Assembly (NCBI GenBank): GCA_951406725.2
Contig: OX597835.1
Location: forward strand, 45,322,001 to 45,386,000
DNA: 64,000 bases
Source of the DNA: Octopus vulgaris
Lineage: Eukaryota
Reading direction: 5' to 3'
Below are positions 55,778 to 64,000 of the stretch, piece by piece (the first letter of the stretch is position 1; each line of letters starts with the position of its first letter). A model generated the notes under the pieces. It ran no database searches. It was given only the letters and a program-made list of their open reading frames with translations, and had not been told where the DNA came from. Position numbers and translations under genes: made by a program.

Positions 55778-56087
55778 CATATGCCTGCATGCATGTATGT
55801 TATGTTAATAGCAAGGGACAAGGATATCGTAGAAAATAGTTATAGATACAGAAATATTTAGATATACCAGAATGTCATGTACAAAAGTAGGCAACGTACA
55901 TTAACCAGTAATGAAAAAGTATTGATTACTGCAAAATATTTATGCATATACATACATACAAGTTTCTTCTCAGATATATACCCACGTTTTATAAAAAAAA
56001 AAAAAATTAAAATTATGCAAAAATCTTTTAACGCATTATGCAAATTGTAAAAGATGGCAGTTTCTCTCATTCTTTCTTCTGTTCATT

Positions 56088-56088
56088 T

Positions 56089-56147
<59 letters not shown>

Positions 56148-56148
56148 C

Positions 56149-56195
<47 letters not shown>

Positions 56196-56262
56196 GGTCG
56201 TCGTCGTCGTACTCTTCTTCTTCTTCTTCTCCTCCTTCTGCTGCTACTGCTGTTGCTGATGG

Positions 56263-56312
<50 letters not shown>

Positions 56313-56316
56313 TTAT
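56088..56316. repeat. Compound (CAT)n/(CTT)n/(TAC)n microsatellite
   Basis: Visible repeat. Confidence 0.95.
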
Positions 56317-56443
56317 TTTTTCTCCGACATGTTTTCCCTTCGATGTATTTGGTTTGTTTTCATAGATTTTCACATACATATACTCATATTTATATAAATG
56401 TATAGGGATATTTACGTATTTATATATACACACACACACACAC

Positions 56444-56498
<55 letters not shown>

Positions 56499-56605
56499 TA
56501 TGTATCTGTAATATGCATACATGAGTACATATAATTATATATACATATATAAGTGTATATACATAGATATATACATACATATATGTGTGTATGCTTATAC
56601 AAATA

Positions 56606-56664
<59 letters not shown>

Positions 56665-57009
56665 GTACGTATACCTACATATTGTCTACAGCATTCCTTT
56701 CACTTCGTTTGGGGCTCTTGGTAGTTTTTATGGTTTTGGTTTTTCTCTGTCTATTAGGAAGCAAATAAACGGTAATGGATTTACCAATAGCAGCATAACC
56801 ATTCTGGAAAATACCATGAGACTTCTAAGAGTTTTATTCGGAGTCATTGTTATAATTAACGAAAGAACACAAGAAGGGAATAAAAGATGAAAAAAACATC
56901 CTACAGGCTTTCACGCATTCATACACCAATATGTATATGTACAAGCATACCTATATACGTAAATATATGCATATATATATACATATACAGGCATACACAC
57001 ATGTGTGTA

Positions 57010-57053
<44 letters not shown>

Positions 57054-57067
57054 CATATATACACATG

Positions 57068-57119
<52 letters not shown>

Positions 57120-57478
57120 TGTATATATATATATATATATGTATATATACACATGCATATGCAAACATATATGTACATACATATATATACATGTGTGTGT
57201 GTGTGTGTGTGTACGTTTAGTTCTCAACTGTGGTGGTGAGATGTACCGTCGAATATACACATTAAATTAAATGTAAAATACGCAAAGAATCTTGTGTTGC
57301 AGCCATTATAAAAACTAAAATGTGCTTAACAGAGAAAGAAATGATCAGAATATATATGTGACTTTTTTTGTTATTTGTGAGAGTATACACACTTTTGCAT
57401 ATACACAAATAGGCAACGATGTAGGCTTACACACACACACACATAGACATCCCCTCTCATACATAGATACACAGACAA

Positions 57479-57521
<43 letters not shown>

Positions 57522-57763
57522 GATTTAGTTGGATAAATGCACATTATACAGTGACATGCGCATATACGCAAGCATATATAGGTGTACATTCGTGTAGAAG
57601 CATGAAGCTGAAAACGGTTTCTGCCGTTCTTCTTAGATTCACGAGATGAACCTCTCTACATGGAGTAATAACATATATATGCACAATTACAGATTCGTAT
57701 CAGTATGTGTACGTATGTGATATAAATACCTCTCTTGTCCCTTTACACACACATACACACACT

Positions 57764-57803
<40 letters not shown>

Positions 57804-57842
57804 TATACATACATATGTATATATATATATATATATATATAA

Positions 57843-57889
<47 letters not shown>

Positions 57890-58686
57890 GGTGTAAGGTA
57901 CCTATATAGTGATTAATCCTTATCTTGAGAATAACAGTATCAACAACAACACCGTCAGCAACAACCAGCAGAACAACAATAACAGCTGCCATACCAATGA
58001 CAATAAAGGAACAATAGCAATCATTGACCTCACTTGTCATGTGTTGGCCTGGATGTCTCTTCTATGTAAGTGAAAAAAAAAAGATAGGAAATAAAGCGTG
58101 AAGTGGATTTCACCTGACTAATTTCTCCCATCAAGTATACGTTAATATACATCATATACGTAAGCCATATATAATTGCATTGCGTATGATCGGTGTAACC
58201 AGGCAGTAGCATGCATTATCGTATTTGTCAGCAATCTATCAACTGAATTGGTTTCCTCGAACCACGGTACATAGATGTATGCTTGTCTTTTTGACCTCGC
58301 TTTCAATGCATTACACTATTAACGCCATATCTTCAAGAGCATTTGCGAAGAAGTGTTGCGATAGCTGAGCAACATTAAGGCGAATTGTGCAAACATTCGC
58401 TCGGATACAAACACAGCTGCACGACACATTTTCACGTATACATACACATAGGAAGACACAGCGATACACCTATATACAAAGCCATACATCTAGTCTATGC
58501 GCATACATGTATATATATTCAATATATACAAAAGTGTTTCTCTATCCATCTATCTCTTCCTCTCACTCTCTCTCGCTCTCTTTCTCTCTCTCTCCCTCTC
58601 TCTCTATATATATATATAAATATATATACATATATATATACATATAAACTTATAAATATATATATACAAATATATACATATAAACT

Positions 58687-58719
<33 letters not shown>

Positions 58720-58915
58720 TTTTTACTCTTTTGTTCCTTTTCCTGTAACAGTCATTTCCTGTAACAGTCATTTGACCCCATGACTTATTGTTTGTAAGCC
58801 TGGTACTTTATTCTATCGGTCACTTTTGCTGAACTGCTAATTTAGGGGACGTAAACACAGCAACATCGGTTGTAAAACGTTTGTGGGGTGACAAACAGGG
58901 ACACAAAGACACACA
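58720..58915 (-). mobile_element. SINE family B 3' half
   Basis: ttctatcggtcacttttgctgaactgctaa ... ggggacgtaaacac. Confidence 0.7.
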
Positions 58916-58931
58916 TAAATATGTACATACA

Positions 58932-58999
<68 letters not shown>

Positions 59000-59016
59000 C
59001 AGAGAGGGAGAGAGAG

Positions 59017-59997
59017 ATGTTTCTTTATTAGCCACACAGGGCTGCACACAGACGAGACAGATTACAAAGTAGAATATTTCTTTTGGGGGAGAAAAAATGT
59101 GGGGTAGGTTTCGATCAAAAATGATCGTAAAAGGGGAAGAAAAAAAAAGTAACAGAATAAAGAAAAAAGGAAGAAAAAAAAGTAAATAAAAGAAAACAAA
59201 AAACACATCAATATGGATCGTGTATCACGGAAATGTCATGTGTAAAGTGTAAAGTGGGAAGCAGATAAGGTTTATCCCTGGAAAGAAAAGCCTACGGAAA
59301 AGACTACGTTGACCACGGTCAATAATGTTACATGTTACCACATTTGTTTGCAAGTAGGTAATCCTCTGTTTTAAATTATTCCGGGTTCATAGGATTATGC
59401 TCAAGGTGGCTTCGTCATTCATACGTGCCATCCTTGCTACATTCGCCCATCTTTTTTTGAAACATTCGCTAGACAAAACTTGCCTCTCTACTCTCACTTT
59501 CATTTTCAAGTGATACTTGAAGAAGTTGATGAGAGATTGACCAGAGAGGAAAGTGTTTGTCTCCAATCCTTTCAGACGCGTCCACCAGATACATTCTTTC
59601 GCCATAACCATAAGTACGATAAAAATTGCTCTTCCTTCCCGTTTGAAGGAAGGAGGCGTGACAATATTGACGATAGACTCGGCGGATAAACCGACTCGTC
59701 CCATACGTGACAGCAGTCGTTCGACATAAGCCCACAGGTCGGAAATTGTTGGACACTGCACGAGTGCGTGCAGAACTGTTTCGTCGCTCTGACCACATCT
59801 CAGGTAGGTCGGCCCCGTGTTTCTCGAGCCGAGTCTGTAGAGCTTATCCCGAACGGGTAGCGCTTTTCGGTAGCACTGCCAGGCCATGGATCACTGGAAG
59901 TTGTCCATGGGCCCTGGCCCGAAAGTCTTCTGAACAGGCGGGTCAGGTGTTCCTCGTCGACGTCCAAGTTCGCCCCGAGCTCGTCGTCGTACCTCCC
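59017..59997 (-). mobile_element. 5'-truncated Tx1/L1-clade LINE (zinc-knuckle C-terminus plus 3' UTR)
   Basis: ORF 59387-59887 reads AWQCYRKALPVRDKL...RCG...ETVLHALVQC...W; AATAAA at 59024-59029 (-), followed by (TC)n; the 5' junction is in (ATCT)n. Confidence 0.88.
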
Positions 59998-60080
<83 letters not shown>

Positions 60081-60081
60081 G

Positions 60082-60146
<65 letters not shown>
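59998..60146. repeat. (AGAT)n microsatellite
   Basis: Visible repeat. Confidence 0.97.
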
Positions 60147-60147
<1 letters not shown>

Positions 60148-60511
60148 GACACAAACTTACATACGTACTGACACACGATAAGATACATATGTACATATAT
60201 GGGGAGAGAGAGGGAGAAATATACAGAGAGAGAGAGAAAAACAACCCGAGCTAAACTGTAAGAATGACACATTCAGACATATGAGAGACACATGAGATGA
60301 CGGAAGGTAGGGATGGTTTTTCTATGCTTGTAGAGACATACATGCGATTGTACTCTGTACTTGTCTGCTGGACTCCGAGCCTGAGCGTATGTGCTACACG
60401 TAAACACACATACTCACATCCACAGACTTAGAGACAAATATACACGACCAGAAATATGCACCTATATTCTCTCTCTTTCACGCTCTGTCTCCCTATCTCT
60501 GTCGCTTTGTC

Positions 60512-60542
<31 letters not shown>

Positions 60543-60682
60543 CTCTTTGTCTCTATAAACTGCAGGAAACGAAAGAGAACCCAGACTGAAAATAAATGGA
60601 CTGCAATTTAGAGCCATGGGGAACACAATTACATACACCGTGAAACACACAAACACGCTCACATCTCCGCATATAAATATAA

Positions 60683-60713
<31 letters not shown>

Positions 60714-60883
60714 TTGTATAAATATATATATATTTATATATATATATATATATATATATACATACATTATTGGTAAAAACGGTAAGATAAGAAAAGAAAG
60801 AAAAGAAAGAGACCTCAATATTATGTAAATATAATATATATATATATATATTTATAAATATACATAGATATACATAATACATA

Positions 60884-60931
<48 letters not shown>

Positions 60932-62080
60932 TATTTATAGAGACATACCCCACAAACACATATATATATATGCATATATGTATACGTGTATGTGTGTGAT
61001 ATTATACAATATATATATTTATATATACTTAGACACACACACACATGTACATACTGTTTATATGGCATATATATTATATTACTTGAAGTTAATATATGTG
61101 TGTATGCTAACTTGAAGCGAATATTTCAAACTACTTCTTTTTTTTTTTTTTTCCTATACATATTAAGTTGTATCGAGTATTAAATTTCCCTAAGCTGAAC
61201 GCCAAAATGACCACTTTCTGCGAGGCACTCTAATTATGAAGCCTTATTTAATGTTTACATTTCACATTTTATGCTGTGTACAAACCGAAATACCATTTTT
61301 CCGTCTCCGGGGATAACATTTCAAACATAATTTATATACATGTAAACTGGAAACCTGTATCACACACGAAAAAAAAAAAACAAACAAAATCAAGGAAAAG
61401 AAAAGCACTAAGCCAGATCAATAGATTTTTATTGCGTTCATTTGATTGAGAAATAGTATCAAGTTTTTGATATACAAAGAGATTTAAAGTATAGCCAACC
61501 TTTATCGATTTTAACGAACTGCTAAATAATGACACGTGTGATTTCTAGTCATATAGCAAATGCTGTGTGAGTAAGAATGTGTAAAACCAAAGAGAAACCT
61601 CTTAGGATACAGAGTTTATATATTCACTCGGAAAGTAGCGACATTGCTAAATAACTCTCAAACGTACATAACCAGTTTTGTCAATATTTTTGGACCCAAT
61701 ATTTGCTTTGCAAAATGGACATTAATTTTTTTTGTTTTCTTTTTCTAAGATCACTTCTGTAAATTCTGGAGGTGAGGGTAAGATGCATACTTGGCAACTA
61801 CGTCTTTTACGGGCCCAGTTCCACGCCGCCTTTTACATGTGTCTTCTGCTGTAGCGACGGACCGACAATAGATCTCTAATTGCATTTGGTTAGCAGAAAT
61901 TCAGTGAAACCCTGATTGTGAGCGTGCGTGTGTACGTGCGTGTGTACGTGCGTGTGTGCGTGTGTACGTGCGTGTGTATGTGTACGTGTGTGTGTATACA
62001 CACATGTGGTTGCATGCATCAGTACATATACAAATACATAACTTATATACATGCAGTCAGAACCAAATGTATACAATTTA

Positions 62081-62480
62081 TAGGCGCAGGCGTGATTTTG
62101 TGGTAAGAAGCTTGCTTCCCAATCACCAACTATGTGGTTTCCGGTTCAGTCCCACTGCGTGGCACCTTGGACTAGGGTCTTCTACCTCAAGCCTCGGGCC
62201 GAACGAAGCTATCTGATGGAATTGGTAGAAGGAAACTGAAAGAAGCCTGTCGTACACACACACACACACACACGCACACGCATATGTATGTTTGTGTGTT
62301 TGTCCCACATAATCGCTTGACAACCGATGATAGTGTTTACGTCCCTGTAACTTAGCGGTTCGGCAAAACAGGCCGATAAAATAAGCACTACGCTACAAAG
62401 AATAAGACCTGAGGTTGATTCATTCGAATAATGGTGATGCTCCAGCATGGCCATAGTCGAATAACTGAAGAAAGTATAAG
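62081..62480 (+). mobile_element. SINE family B, full length
   Basis: ggcgcaggcgtg...ggttcagtcccactgcgtggcaccttgg...gctccagcatggccatagtcgaataactgaa. Confidence 0.88.
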
Positions 62481-62764
62481 AATATGCATAAATGATAGGA
62501 AAGCTTGGGGTGTGTTTGTGGTATTGATGTTACTCAAAGAGGTACGGAACCAGCATGATGTGGCAGGGGTAAAACAGCATATGCTGTCGGGATCCACTGC
62601 TGATGTCGGGGGTTGCGTTCTATGCCTTGGCCCGAGCATAAGACGAGGCTCGCCTCTTTGAGGTGGGAAATGAATGGAATGCCTGGCGTGTCTTCTTGTG
62701 GCTCCCCCCTCCTGAAAAAATGGGAAATAGGTCTCGGTACACACACACACACACATATGTACAT

Positions 62765-63180
62765 ACTCTCTTTACTCTTTTACTCTTTTACTTGTTTCAG
62801 TCATTTGACTGCGGCCATGCTGGAGCACCGCCTTTAATCGAGCAACTCGACCCCGGGACTTATTCTTTTGTAAGCCCAGTACTTATTCTATCGGTCTCTT
62901 TTGCCGAACCGCTAAGTAACGGGGACATAAACACACCAGCATCGGTTGACAAGCAATGCTAGGTGACAAACACAGACACACAAACACACACATGCATACA
63001 TATATATACATATATACGACGGGCTTCATTCAGTTTCCGTCTACCAAATCCACTCACAAGGCATTGGTCGGCCCGAGGCTATAGTAGAAGACACTTGCCC
63101 AAGGTGCCACGCAGTGGGACTGAACCCGGGACCATGTGGTTGGTAAACAAGCTACTTACCACACATCCACTCCTGCGCCT
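62765..63180 (-). mobile_element. SINE family B, full length, young-looking
   Basis: Nearly identical to 23611-24019. Confidence 0.92.
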
Positions 63181-64000
63181 ATATATATATATATACTTTA
63201 TTTAAATGCATAGATATAAATATATATAAATACTAACATATATACATAATCGTACATGTATAAGTACCTTTCAGTTCTTATATTCCAAATCTAGACTTTA
63301 AGTCGTATATATTGGTGTAGGTGGACTTGGAAAAGTAATAAGCTATTAGCAGATGAAATTCTTTTTTAATGGTTTTCATGACCAACAAAGTACAATGTAT
63401 AATGACACATATGTTCCAAATCAGGTTGGTTTATTGTATAGTGATACTTTGTAAAACATTAGAGACACTTATAACATGAGATTCCTGAGATGAAGAAACA
63501 CAATTAGATATATATATGCGCACATGGCGGGCTGATTCGCAGTCAAACAAACACATACGCCAATTCATGAAACCCGCACGTATAAGACAGACATATGCAC
63601 ACTTATTTCAAAATAACAAGTAAATCCAAATCTAAGCTAGATCTCTGCGCAGTCAGCCAGAATGGCGCATGAAGAAGTTTCGGGAGAAGTTATGATTTTA
63701 AACAAAGAAAACTTGTCACTTTAAGTGTGATCGGTTAAATCTGCAAAAGAACTTAAATAAGTGTCGATGAATAACAGAGCAATACTTACATCCGTATGCA
63801 TACATGAATATATTCATACATGCATACATACTTACAAACATACATATATACGTACGTACGTACGCACATACATATGCATACATCATACATACATACTTAC
63901 AAACATACATATATACGTACATACATATGCATACATCATACATACATACATTCATACATACATATATGCATGTGCATTCATACGTACATACATACATACT

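Noticed and set aside
61750-61771. Micro-exon after a strong polypyrimidine tract
   Set aside because: The donor lies in a decayed SINE B head and there is no other support.

Overview
Eukaryotic, AT-rich, microsatellite-saturated DNA that looks intronic or intergenic. The SINE families and the density of (TA)n, (CA)n, (ATAG)n and (ATT)n repeats resemble an octopus (coleoid cephalopod) genome; this is an inference. No intact host protein-coding gene is supported, and almost all ORFs in the track are translations of simple repeats. The window holds at least four tRNA-derived SINE families, decayed non-LTR retrotransposon fragments (HERO-like and R4/Dong-like RLE elements, Tx1/L1, CR1-like, RTE, Penelope RT + GIY-YIG), an internally deleted Chapaev3-type DNA transposon and several long palindromes. 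The most notable signal is a set of non-coding, (TA)n-embedded elements carrying minimal type I hammerhead ribozyme motifs, all on the minus strand. One is a 504-nt partial-tandem plus inverted element at 8191-9126 with two hammerheads whose stem II covaries. At least five dispersed short copies of a second family also occur. Together these suggest a candidate Penelope-dependent, retrozyme-like system. Family names come from motif recognition by eye, not from database searches.
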